In this document: piece by piece, positions 1-9,812 of the stretch
Numbering within the stretch: the stretch's first letter is position 1
Layout: each line of letters opens with the position of its first letter
Assembly: GCA_039591655.1 (NCBI GenBank)
Contig: JBDHDE010000001.1
Span: 32,001 to 96,000, forward strand
Source: Gemmatimonadota bacterium
Lineage (GTDB): Bacteria > Gemmatimonadota > Gemmatimonadetes > Gemmatimonadales > GWC2-71-9
Reading direction: 5' to 3'
Length of the DNA stretch: 64,000 nt
Position numbers and translations under genes: made by a program
Notes under the pieces: model-generated
Seen by the model: the letters and a program-made list of their open reading frames with translations, nothing else
The model's database searches: none
What the model was told of the DNA's origin: nothing

Positions 1-1138
<1,138 letters not shown>

Positions 1139-1142
<4 letters not shown>

Positions 1143-1816
1143 CCCCTTGTCTGGTCATTGCACACCGGGGCGCGTCGGCCTACGAGGTGGAGAACTCCCT
1201 GGCGGCCTTCCGGCTGGCCCGGGACCAGGGTGCCGACGGCGTGGAGCTGGACGTGCACGTGAGCGCCGACGGCGTACCCGTGGTGCATCACGACCCCCAT
1301 GTGGACTCCCTCGCCATCGCTGCCAGTCCCCACAGGGAGCTCCGGGAGCTGCGCCTCCCCAACGATGAGGCGCTGCCCACGCTGTCCGAGGCGCTCGACG
1401 TGCTGGGGAAGGATCTCAACGCCTATGTGGAGGTGAAGGACCTCCCGCCCGAGCACGACGCGGCGATCCTCGAGGCGTTGGAGCGCGGTCCGGCTCCGAC
1501 CCGCTATCAGGTACACTCCTTCGATCATCGCATAGTGTGGCGGCTAAGGGCGCAGCGGCCTGCCCTGCCCACTGGCGTCTTGGTCGTGGCTCACGCGGTT
1601 CGCCCCCTGGTCCTCCTGGAGGACGCCGGGGCGAGTGTGCTGTGGCAGCAGGAAGGTCTGATCGACGAGCCGCTGGTCGCCGCCGCACACGAGCGCGGGT
1701 ATCGCGTCATCGCCTGGACGGTAGACGATCCGGCGCGCATGCGGCTACTTATTGAGGCGGGCGTAGACGGTATCTGTACGAATCGACCGGACGTGGCGAG
1801 GAGGGTCGTCGGATGA
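1139..1816 (+). CDS. Glycerophosphodiester phosphodiesterase
   Basis: IAHRGAS..ENSLAAF, GVELDV..SADG..VVHHD, WTVD and GVDGICTNRP. Confidence 0.92.
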
Positions 1817-2676
1817 AGCGGCTCGCCGTGGTGGGCGCGGGCACCATGGGGCACGGGATCGCCCAGATCGGGGCCGTGGCCGGATACGAGGTCGTGGTGA
1901 CCGATGCAGACGCCGATGCGCTGGGGACGGCCCGGGACCGGATCGAGACGAACCTCGAGGGCGGCGTGAAGCGGGGCAAGCTCTCGCGGGAGGACGCGGA
2001 CGCGGCGCTGGACCGGATCGCCCTGGAGCGGGACCTCGAGGCCACGGCACGCGATGCCGACATGATCATCGAAGCCGTCGTCGAGGACCTGGACGTCAAG
2101 CGCGACCTCTTTGGACGACTCGACGGGCTCGTGGCGCCCGACGCGGTGCTGGCAACCAACACCTCGTCGCTGTCCATTGCCCGCATCGCCGCTGCTACGG
2201 ACCGGCCGCAGCGCGTGTTGGGCATGCACTTCTTCAACCCAGTGCACATCATGAAGCTGGTGGAGCTGGTCGTGCACGCGGGCACCGCCGAGGCCGCCGT
2301 CGCCCGGGCACGGGAGGTCGTGACGCGCATGGGCAAGGACCCTATCGTCGTGCGCGACAGCCCCGGGTTTGCGTCATCCCGCCTCGGGATCGCGCTGGGT
2401 CTCGAGGCGATGCGCATGCTGGAAGAAGAGGTGGCAAGCCCGGAAGACATCGACAAGGCGATGCAACTCGGTTACGGGCATCCCATGGGGCCGCTCGAGG
2501 TGAGTGACCTCGTCGGTCTCGACGTCCGCCTCGCCATTGCCGATTACCTGCACCGCGAGCTCGGCGGAGCTCGCTTCGATGCGCCCGAGATCCTGCGCCG
2601 CAAGGTGCAGGCGGGCGAGTTGGGGAAGAAAACCGGGAGGGGGTTCTACGAATGGCCAAAGAAAGCGTCGTCCTAG
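1813..2676 (+). CDS. 3-hydroxyacyl/3-hydroxybutyryl-CoA dehydrogenase
   Basis: VVGAGTMGHGIA Rossmann motif, NTSSL, GMHFFNPV, HPMGP and LGKKTGRGFY. Confidence 0.95.
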   Translation: MKRLAVVGAGTMGHGIAQIGAVAGYEVVVTDADADALGTARDRIETNLEGGVKRGKLSREDADAALDRIALERDLEATARDADMIIEAVVEDLDVKRDLFGRLDGLVAPDAVLATNTSSLSIARIAAATDRPQRVLGMHFFNPVHIMKLVELVVHAGTAEAAVARAREVVTRMGKDPIVVRDSPGFASSRLGIALGLEAMRMLEEEVASPEDIDKAMQLGYGHPMGPLEVSDLVGLDVRLAIADYLHRELGGARFDAPEILRRKVQAGELGKKTGRGFYEWPKKASS

Positions 2677-3434
2677 TCGATATCGCGGACCGGATCGCGA
2701 TCGTCACCATCAATCGTCCCGACAAGCTCAACGCCCTCAACGCCGACGTGCGCCGCGAGTTCGTCCGGGTGATGGATGAGCTCAAGCATAACGAGGACGT
2801 GAGGGTCGTCATCGTCACGGGGGCGGGCGACAAGGCATTCGTGGCCGGCGCCGACATCGCCGAGTTCGCGGACCGCACAGGCGTCGACCAGTTCCACGTC
2901 ACCAAGAGCTTCGGGATATTCGAGGCGCCGGAGAAGTTCCCGCGGCCCGTTATCGCCGCCGTGAACGGCTTCGCTCTGGGCGGCGGCTGCGAGCTGGCCA
3001 TGGCGTGCGACATCCGAATCGCCTCGGACAAGGCCAAGCTCGGCCAGCCGGAGATCACCCTCGGCATCCTGCCCGGAGGCGGCGGCACCCAGCGCCTGCC
3101 CCGTCTGGTGGGACTGGGGAACGCCTACAAGCTCCTCTATACCGGTCAGATGATCAAAGCCGATGAGGCCCTCCGCTTGGGACTGGTGGACGAGGTCGTA
3201 CCCCACGATCAGGTGATGCAGCGGGCCCGGGAGCTGGCCGCAGAGATCGCCAAGAAGAGCCCGGTGGCTCTGGAGTTCATCAAGGACACCGTGAAGGCCA
3301 GCGTCAGGATGCCGCTGGACGAGGGCGTGCGGTTCGAGACCACGTATTTCGGCCTCGCGTTCTCGTCGGAGGACAAGGAAGAGGGCGTGAAGGCGTTCCT
3401 CGAGAAGCGGGAACCCGAGTTCAAGGGCAAGTGA
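2652..3434 (+). CDS. Enoyl-CoA hydratase (crotonase)
   Basis: AFVAGADI, ALGGGCELA, GQPEITLGILPGGGGTQRL; both catalytic Glu present. Confidence 0.93.
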   Translation: MAKESVVLVDIADRIAIVTINRPDKLNALNADVRREFVRVMDELKHNEDVRVVIVTGAGDKAFVAGADIAEFADRTGVDQFHVTKSFGIFEAPEKFPRPVIAAVNGFALGGGCELAMACDIRIASDKAKLGQPEITLGILPGGGGTQRLPRLVGLGNAYKLLYTGQMIKADEALRLGLVDEVVPHDQVMQRARELAAEIAKKSPVALEFIKDTVKASVRMPLDEGVRFETTYFGLAFSSEDKEEGVKAFLEKREPEFKGK

Positions 3435-4321
3435 GCGCGAGCGCGGCGGCCGGGTCAGGGGCGGAGCGGGCCGGCATCAGCGATCTCCACGTCCACATCC
3501 AGCCCTGGCGTGACCTCAAGCCCGACGTCGCCGCCAAGATGCGACGGGGCAAGGAGGATCACTGGGAGCGGCTCCTGGCCATGATGGACGATCCCCAGGT
3601 CCTCCTGCAGGTGCTCGACCAGGCCGGCATCTGGCGGGTGGGGCTGGTCAACTACCCCAGTCCCGATCTCATGGGGTTCAGCGACGACACAAACGGCTTC
3701 GCAGCGCGGTACGCGCAGGCAGCGCCGGAGCGTTTGCTGCCCTATGGAGGCGTCCATCCCCGGTTCACCACCGATCCCGAGGGGCAGGTCGAGGAGCTGC
3801 TGCAGCTCGGCATTCGCTGCCTCAAGATCCACCCACCGCACCAGGTCTTCCCGGCCAACGCGCACACCATGGGCCTCGAGGCGTTGGGGCGTATCTACCG
3901 CCGCTGCGAGGAGCGGGGGCTGCCCGTGATGGTCCACACCGGCACCAGCATCTTCCCCGGCGCCCGCTGCAAGTACGGCCGTCCGATGGAGCTCGACGAC
4001 GTGGCCATCGACTTTCCCGATCTCACCATCCTCATGGCGCACGGCGGACGTCCTCTCTGGATGGACGAGGCGTTCTTCATCCTGCGGCGGCACCGCAACG
4101 TGCACCTTGAGCTGTCGGGCATACCGCCGAAGAAGCTGCTCGAGTACTTCCCGCGGCTCGAGGAGGTCGGGGACCGCATCGTGTGGGGGACCGACTGGCC
4201 GAGTCCGGGCGTCGACGACCTGCGGCGCAACCTGGACCAGTTCCTGGCCCTCCCGCTGCCGCAAGCGCTCAAGGACCGGGTCACCCGCACGACGGCACTC
4301 GAGCTGTTCCCCGTGCGATGA
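3431..4321 (+). CDS. Amidohydrolase family 2 metal-dependent hydrolase
   Basis: DLHVH, LKIHP, VMVHTG, MAHGG and WGTDWP motifs. Confidence 0.88.
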   Translation: MSASAAAGSGAERAGISDLHVHIQPWRDLKPDVAAKMRRGKEDHWERLLAMMDDPQVLLQVLDQAGIWRVGLVNYPSPDLMGFSDDTNGFAARYAQAAPERLLPYGGVHPRFTTDPEGQVEELLQLGIRCLKIHPPHQVFPANAHTMGLEALGRIYRRCEERGLPVMVHTGTSIFPGARCKYGRPMELDDVAIDFPDLTILMAHGGRPLWMDEAFFILRRHRNVHLELSGIPPKKLLEYFPRLEEVGDRIVWGTDWPSPGVDDLRRNLDQFLALPLPQALKDRVTRTTALELFPVR

Positions 4322-5775
4322 TTCGCCGCGCAGTGGTGGGCCTTGGGCCTGTCGCCTTCCTGCTCACCGTGTTGCTCCCGGCACCCGGCGCGCTCTCCGA
4401 GCAGGCCTGGCACGTGGCGGGGCTCGCGGCCTGGATGGCGGCGTGGTGGCTCACCGCCGCGGTGCCCCTCGAAGCCACTGCGCTCTTGCCGATAGTGTTC
4501 CTTCCGCTGGTCGGTGTGGCGCCGCTGGCGCGGGTCACCCGGTCCTATGCAGACCCGATCATCTTCCTGTTCCTGGGGGGCTTCCTCCTCGCCGCGACCC
4601 TGGAACGCTGGAACCTGCACAAGCGCTTTGCCCTCAGCACCGTGCGCGCCGTGGGGACCGACGCCCGCCGTGTGCTGTTGGCCTTCATGCTCGCGTCCGC
4701 GGTGGCGAGCATGTGGATCTCGAATACCGCCACGGCGATCATGATGCTGCCGATCGCTGCAGCCGTGCTCGGGGGACGACCCGGGAGAGGAGGGGGGATC
4801 GGGGCGGCGCCGGGCGGGCTCGGTGAGCTCCCCGCCGCCCTGATGTTGGGGGTGGCGTACGCGGCTTCCATCGGCGGCGTCGCTACGCTCATCGGCACGC
4901 CGCCCAACGCGATCTTTGCCGGCGCGGCGCGGGAGCTCCTGGGCGAAGACGTTAGCTTCGCGCAGTGGATGGCCCTCGGCGTCCCCATCTCAATCGTGAT
5001 GCTCGCCGGGTGCTGGCTCGTGCTGGTGGCGCTGTTCCGGGTGCGCGGCAAGGTCCCGGGGTTGGCCGACACGCTGGAGCGGGAGCACAGGGACCTGGGC
5101 CCGCTCACAGGCGGTGAGCGGTTCGTGCTCACCGTGTTCGGGCTCACGGCCCTCGCCTGGGTGCTGCGCGCGCCGAAGGAGATCGGCAGTCTCAGGATCC
5201 CGGGGCTGTCCGACCTGCTGCCCGGGATCTCCGATCCTGCCATCGCGATCGCGGCTGCTCTCGTGCTCTTCGTTACGCCGCTCAAGGGTCAACGGCACCG
5301 GGTCGCTCTGGACTGGGAGTCGGCCAGCAAGGTGCCCTGGGGCATCCTACTGCTGTTCGGCGGCGGGCTCGCGCTGGCCGGGGCGTTCGAGGCGAGCGGC
5401 CTGTCCCAGTGGCTGGGCGGTCGGTTGGCCTCCCTGCGGGGTGTTCCCCTGCCGTTCGTCATGCTGGTCACCGCGGCGGTGTTCGTCTTCCTCACCGAGC
5501 TCACCAGCAACACCGCCACGTCGGCGCTGGGGATGCCCCTCATTGCAGGGGTGGCTATAGGGCTGGGGTTGCCCGCCCTGCCCCTCATGGCCACGGTGGC
5601 CGTGGCTTCGTCGATGGCGTTCATGCTCCCCGTCGCGACGCCTCCCAACGCCATCGTGTTCGGCAGCGGGTGGATTCGACCGGCGCAGATGGCCCGGGCG
5701 GGAATCCTGCTGAACCTGATGTCGATACTGATTACGACCGTTGCGCTGTCGATTCGGGCGGCGCTGACGGGCTGA
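4318..5775 (+). CDS. DASS/SLC13 sodium:dicarboxylate (or sulfate) symporter
   Basis: Two SNT motifs (MWISNTAT, ELTSNTAT), two GTPPN/ATPPN motifs, many TM segments; ATG 4318 overlaps upstream stop. Confidence 0.93.
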   Translation: MIRRAVVGLGPVAFLLTVLLPAPGALSEQAWHVAGLAAWMAAWWLTAAVPLEATALLPIVFLPLVGVAPLARVTRSYADPIIFLFLGGFLLAATLERWNLHKRFALSTVRAVGTDARRVLLAFMLASAVASMWISNTATAIMMLPIAAAVLGGRPGRGGGIGAAPGGLGELPAALMLGVAYAASIGGVATLIGTPPNAIFAGAARELLGEDVSFAQWMALGVPISIVMLAGCWLVLVALFRVRGKVPGLADTLEREHRDLGPLTGGERFVLTVFGLTALAWVLRAPKEIGSLRIPGLSDLLPGISDPAIAIAAALVLFVTPLKGQRHRVALDWESASKVPWGILLLFGGGLALAGAFEASGLSQWLGGRLASLRGVPLPFVMLVTAAVFVFLTELTSNTATSALGMPLIAGVAIGLGLPALPLMATVAVASSMAFMLPVATPPNAIVFGSGWIRPAQMARAGILLNLMSILITTVALSIRAALTG

Positions 5776-5791
5776 CGCGAGTGGCATAGCG

Positions 5792-6025
5792 ATGAATCAC
5801 GACGACGAGAAGCTGACGGCGATCGCGAACTTCCGCACACGCCTCGAGGCGGAGACGGCGTCCGGGTTGCTTGTTGCAGAAGGCATCCCGTTCCTGATTC
5901 AGTCCCGAGAGGCGGCGGGGCTCGGCCCGGGGCCGGCCGGCGCCAGCATCCTGGTGCGAGAGGAGCACGCGGGGCAGGCCACGGAGATCCTGCGCGATGC
6001 GGGAGCCATCGAGGACGACGCGTAG
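5792..6025 (+). CDS. Small DUF2007-like putative signal-transducing protein
   Basis: Pattern EA..ASGLL.AEGIP...ILVREEHA.QA.EIL is typical of DUF2007. Confidence 0.7.
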   Translation: MNHDDEKLTAIANFRTRLEAETASGLLVAEGIPFLIQSREAAGLGPGPAGASILVREEHAGQATEILRDAGAIEDDA

Positions 6026-6083
6026 TGACGCACGAGCGTCGCAGCGCCACACACCCGACTCCCGAGCGACCCCCAGCCAGCCC

Positions 6084-6719
6084 ATGACACGCCGCCCACG
6101 CCTCACCCCGGCAGAGCGGCGCGTCGTCACCCGCTGCCGCTCACCCCAAGCCACGCAGCGCTGGATCAGGTCGCTGCGATACAACTGGGAGCGCGACGGC
6201 GACACGTTGCGCTCATTCCGCGCCGTGGTCCGACATCGTTCAGCCCATTGCCTCGAGGCGGCCATCGCGGCCGCGGCGGTGATGGAGCAGCACGGCTATC
6301 CGCCACTCCTGTTGGACCTGGAGTCACGGGATCACCTGGATCACGTGGTGTTCGCCTTTCGGGCCAACCGCCGGTGGGGCGCGGTGGGGGGCTCCCGGGA
6401 CGTAGGTTTGTGGGGACGCAGGCCGGTCTTCCCGAGCGCCGAGGCGCTGGCGCGAAGCTACTACGATCCCTACATCGATCTGACAGGGCGCATCGTGGCC
6501 TACGCCGTGGTGGATCTCCGGGAACTTGGCGGCTACGATTGGCGCTTCTCGGGGCGAAACGTCTGGAAGGTCGAGCGGTTCCTGATCGATGCGCGGCACC
6601 GAGCCATGCCCACCTCCTACCGGCGTTATATTCGGTTGCGCGAGCGGTATCGGGAGTTCATAGCGACACACGACCCGCGGGACACGCCGTTCAAGAGCGG
6701 GCGGCGGCACTGGATGTGA
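6084..6719 (+). CDS. Conserved hypothetical protein, possible transglutaminase/papain-like Cys-His fold
   Basis: LRYN, AHCLEAA and DHVVF..WGAV motifs; ATG 6084 chosen over the upstream extension. Confidence 0.65.
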   Translation: MTRRPRLTPAERRVVTRCRSPQATQRWIRSLRYNWERDGDTLRSFRAVVRHRSAHCLEAAIAAAAVMEQHGYPPLLLDLESRDHLDHVVFAFRANRRWGAVGGSRDVGLWGRRPVFPSAEALARSYYDPYIDLTGRIVAYAVVDLRELGGYDWRFSGRNVWKVERFLIDARHRAMPTSYRRYIRLRERYREFIATHDPRDTPFKSGRRHWM

Positions 6720-6726
6720 GGAGTCG

Positions 6727-7566
6727 ATGAACCGGATCGTGTACCTCAACGGCGAGTACCTGCCCTTCGAGCAGGCCCGGATCTCCCCCGAGGACCGGGG
6801 ATTTCTATTCGCCGACGGCATCTACGAGGTGGTGCGCAGCTACGGCGGGACGTTCTTCGAGCTGGACGCCCACCTCGACCGCATGGCCAGCGGCCTCGCG
6901 GCGCTCCACATCCAGGGGGTGGACGCCCGTGGCCTCGGCGCCGTGGCGCAGGCCCTGCTGGAGCGCAACGGCCTCGCGGGCCAGGACACGCTCGTCTACC
7001 TGCAGGTGACTCGGGGCGCTGCCACCCGGGGGCACGCGTTCCCCGATCCCCCCGTGCCACCCACGGTGTATGCCGCGGCGACGCCGTTCGCTCCCAAGGC
7101 AGATCCCGCCCGGGGCGTGGCCGTGATCACGGCTACGGATCACCGCTGGTCCCGCTGCGACATCAAGACGGTCGGTCTGCTGGCGAACTGCCTCGCGCTA
7201 CAGCAGGCCCGCGACGCGGGTGCCCTCGAGGCGATCCTGGTGCGGGATGGCGTGGCACTCGAGGGCACGCACACCAGCTTCTTCGGCGTGTTCGACGGGG
7301 TGGTTCGCACCGCTCCCCGGAACAACTACATCCTCCCCAGCATCACCCGACGTGTGACGCTGGAACTGTGTGCCGAGCACGGTGTGACGGCCGAGGAGAC
7401 GCCGATCTTCCACCGCGACCTTCCCGCGGCCGACGAGCTCTTTCTGGCCGGCACCACCATGGAGATCATGCCCATCGTGAAGCTGGACGGCCGGCCGGTG
7501 GGAGGCGGCAAGCCGGGCCCTGTGGCACGGCGCCTCCTCGAGCGTTTCCATCTTCGCACGCCGTGA
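6727..7566 (+). CDS. dat: D-amino-acid transaminase (class IV PLP enzyme)
   Basis: DRGFLFADGIYEV, TRG..RGHAFP, RWSRCDIK and ILPSITR; RBS GAGGAG. Confidence 0.85.
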   Translation: MNRIVYLNGEYLPFEQARISPEDRGFLFADGIYEVVRSYGGTFFELDAHLDRMASGLAALHIQGVDARGLGAVAQALLERNGLAGQDTLVYLQVTRGAATRGHAFPDPPVPPTVYAAATPFAPKADPARGVAVITATDHRWSRCDIKTVGLLANCLALQQARDAGALEAILVRDGVALEGTHTSFFGVFDGVVRTAPRNNYILPSITRRVTLELCAEHGVTAEETPIFHRDLPAADELFLAGTTMEIMPIVKLDGRPVGGGKPGPVARRLLERFHLRTP

Positions 7567-7607
7567 GCACGTAACCCGGAAGCGGCCCGCTCCGTAGTCT
7601 CTTACGT

Positions 7608-8084
7608 ATGGCACAGCTCGAACGCTGCGATCGCTGCGGACACGCCCTGGAGATCCTCTCCAAACCGGTGCGGCGCCTGCGCTGGACCCGCTACTGGTGG
7701 CAGGGCGTGACCAGCCTGTTCACCGGGCCGATGCAGATGTGCCCCCAGTGCGGTGCGATCTACTCGGCCGAGGGCGTGTTGCTGGCCGCCGGCGCCATTG
7801 AGACGGACACCGAGCACCGCCTGAACGTGTACCGCAGGGACATGGCGTATCTGCGCGACGCCTTCGGGGGAATCATCCTCGCCTCGGGGGTGGCCCTGAC
7901 GTGGCTCCTCACGGGGGCCGACAGCTTCGAGCTCGCCAAGGTGATCGCCGCCAGCACGGTGGGGGGCGTGTCGTTCGCGCCGTTCATCTACTTCGGCCAC
8001 AAGGCCCGTCTCGCCAAGCGCGACCTCAAGCGCCTGCGGGAGGCCCGGCAGGAGGGGCGTATCCTCCGCAGCCAAGGGAGCTAG
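7608..8084 (+). CDS. Hypothetical membrane protein with N-terminal Zn-ribbon
   Basis: CDRC and CPQC pairs, two hydrophobic helices, basic C-terminal tail. Confidence 0.7.
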   Translation: MAQLERCDRCGHALEILSKPVRRLRWTRYWWQGVTSLFTGPMQMCPQCGAIYSAEGVLLAAGAIETDTEHRLNVYRRDMAYLRDAFGGIILASGVALTWLLTGADSFELAKVIAASTVGGVSFAPFIYFGHKARLAKRDLKRLREARQEGRILRSQGS

Positions 8085-8167
8085 CGCCCCGTTGCGCTCT
8101 TGACGGTCCTGTGGGCCCGCGGCAGCTTGCACGAGCGCCCACTCTCTGCCAAGGCCGCTTTACCTCC

Positions 8168-9796
8168 ATGCTGTGCGTCCACTGCTCCACACCGGTACCG
8201 GACAGTGCGGCCTACTGTCCCACGTGTGGGTCCCAGGTCTCCGCCACGGGGCTGGACTCGGACGCGCCCGACGGCCTGGACACCGGTTCCCTCAAGCACA
8301 TCGAGCAACTGCTTCACGAAGACACCGCCGACGAGTTCCGCATCGAGGGCATGCTAGGCCGGGGCGGCATGGCCGTGGTGTACCTGGCCACCGAGGTGCG
8401 GCTGGCCCGCAAGGTCGCCATCAAGGTGCTGCCACCGGAGCTCACGTACGGGCACGGGATCCAGCGCTTCGAGCGGGAGGCGCGGTTGGTGGCGAACCTC
8501 GAGCACCCCAACATCGTACCCATCTACCGGATCAGCTCCGGCGAGCAGCTCTTCTGGTACGCCATGCAGTTTCTGGAGGGGCGCTCTCTGGACGACGTGC
8601 TGCATGAAAAGGGACGCTTCTCCCTGGAGGAGACGATCCCGATCCTGGAGCAGGTGGCAGAGGCACTGGATTACGCTCATGAGCGACAGGTGATCCACCG
8701 CGACATCAAGCCATCCAATGTGATGCTGGACGCCAAGGGTCGCGTGGTGGTCACCGACTTCGGGATCGCGAAGGCCCGCAGCGAGGGTACGCTCACGGCC
8801 TCGGGCTCGGTCGTGGGGACACCCTACTACATGTCCCCCGAGCAGGGGATGGGCAAACCGGTCACCGGGGCGTCGGATCAGTACTCGGTAGCGGTCATGG
8901 CGTACCGCATGCTCTCGGGACAGGTACCGTTCGAGGGCGACTCGGCCGTCGAGATCGTGCACAAGCACTGCACGATGCCGCCTACGCCCCTCGACATCCT
9001 GGCGGCGGGAGTGCCGCCACACGCGGTGCGGGCGGTGCACAAGGCGTTGGAGAAGAAACCGCACGACCGACTTCCCAGTGTGGGCGCCTTCGTCGATGCA
9101 CTGCGACGCTCCACGCGGGAGACGGCCGCGAGTGCAGCGCCCACGGTGCGGACGCCGCCGTCGCGGCAGCCGGTGGGAAAGACCGAGATCAGCCGGGCGA
9201 AGACACAGGTCGTCGGGACGTCCCCCAGGCGCACCGGGCGGCGCACGTGGGCCGCCATCGGCTTCGTCGCCGTCGTCGCCATTCTGGGCACGTGGTTGAT
9301 GACCAGGGGTGGGACGCCCGCCGTCACGGACGGGAGCACGGAGAGCACACCGGGTGAGGCTGCTGCGAGTCAGCCTGCAGTCGAGCCCAGCCCCGCAGTG
9401 GTTCAGCCGCTCGGCGCCCCTCCCGCCGAGGCCGCCGCCGCGGCGGCGGATCTGGACGCTGAGCCGGGCCCGCCGGAGCCGGATCCGATCGCCGCTCGAG
9501 GCCAGGCCGGTGAGACTGATCTACCGGACCGGGCTGCGCCGGCTGCCGCCGAAACCGCAGCGGCCACGCCCGGTGGCACGGGCATAGTGAGCGTCACGGG
9601 ACTTCCTGCGGGCGGCATGGTCTCGGTGGACGGGCGGCGGCAGCTGGGGACGACCTTCCAACTCGCGGCCGGAGTGCACGTGATACGGATGGCGGCGCGG
9701 GGCTACGTGCGGATGGACACCACTGTGACGGTCGCTGCGGGCCAGACAATCACCATTCAGTTCAACGCGCGCCCGTTGCCGTTCGGGGGCGCTTGA
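8168..9796 (+). CDS. Membrane Hanks-type Ser/Thr protein kinase (Zn-ribbon, kinase, TM, Pro/Ala linker, PEGA-like domain)
   Basis: CVHC/CPTC; GRGGMAVVY, VAIKVL, HRDIKPSN, DFGIAK, GTPYYMSPEQ; TM WAAIGFVAVVAILGTWLM. Confidence 0.93.
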   Translation: MLCVHCSTPVPDSAAYCPTCGSQVSATGLDSDAPDGLDTGSLKHIEQLLHEDTADEFRIEGMLGRGGMAVVYLATEVRLARKVAIKVLPPELTYGHGIQRFEREARLVANLEHPNIVPIYRISSGEQLFWYAMQFLEGRSLDDVLHEKGRFSLEETIPILEQVAEALDYAHERQVIHRDIKPSNVMLDAKGRVVVTDFGIAKARSEGTLTASGSVVGTPYYMSPEQGMGKPVTGASDQYSVAVMAYRMLSGQVPFEGDSAVEIVHKHCTMPPTPLDILAAGVPPHAVRAVHKALEKKPHDRLPSVGAFVDALRRSTRETAASAAPTVRTPPSRQPVGKTEISRAKTQVVGTSPRRTGRRTWAAIGFVAVVAILGTWLMTRGGTPAVTDGSTESTPGEAAASQPAVEPSPAVVQPLGAPPAEAAAAAADLDAEPGPPEPDPIAARGQAGETDLPDRAAPAAAETAAATPGGTGIVSVTGLPAGGMVSVDGRRQLGTTFQLAAGVHVIRMAARGYVRMDTTVTVAAGQTITIQFNARPLPFGGA

Positions 9797-9812
9797 CGCC
9801 GCTGCTGCCCGT

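Noticed and set aside
7901..8167. N-terminal extensions of ORF-track calls (kinase 7901, mgtE 39952, GNAT 26761, lexA 61523, floA 19324)
   Set aside because: They overlap neighbouring genes and lack homology; downstream starts with an RBS or stop-start coupling fit better
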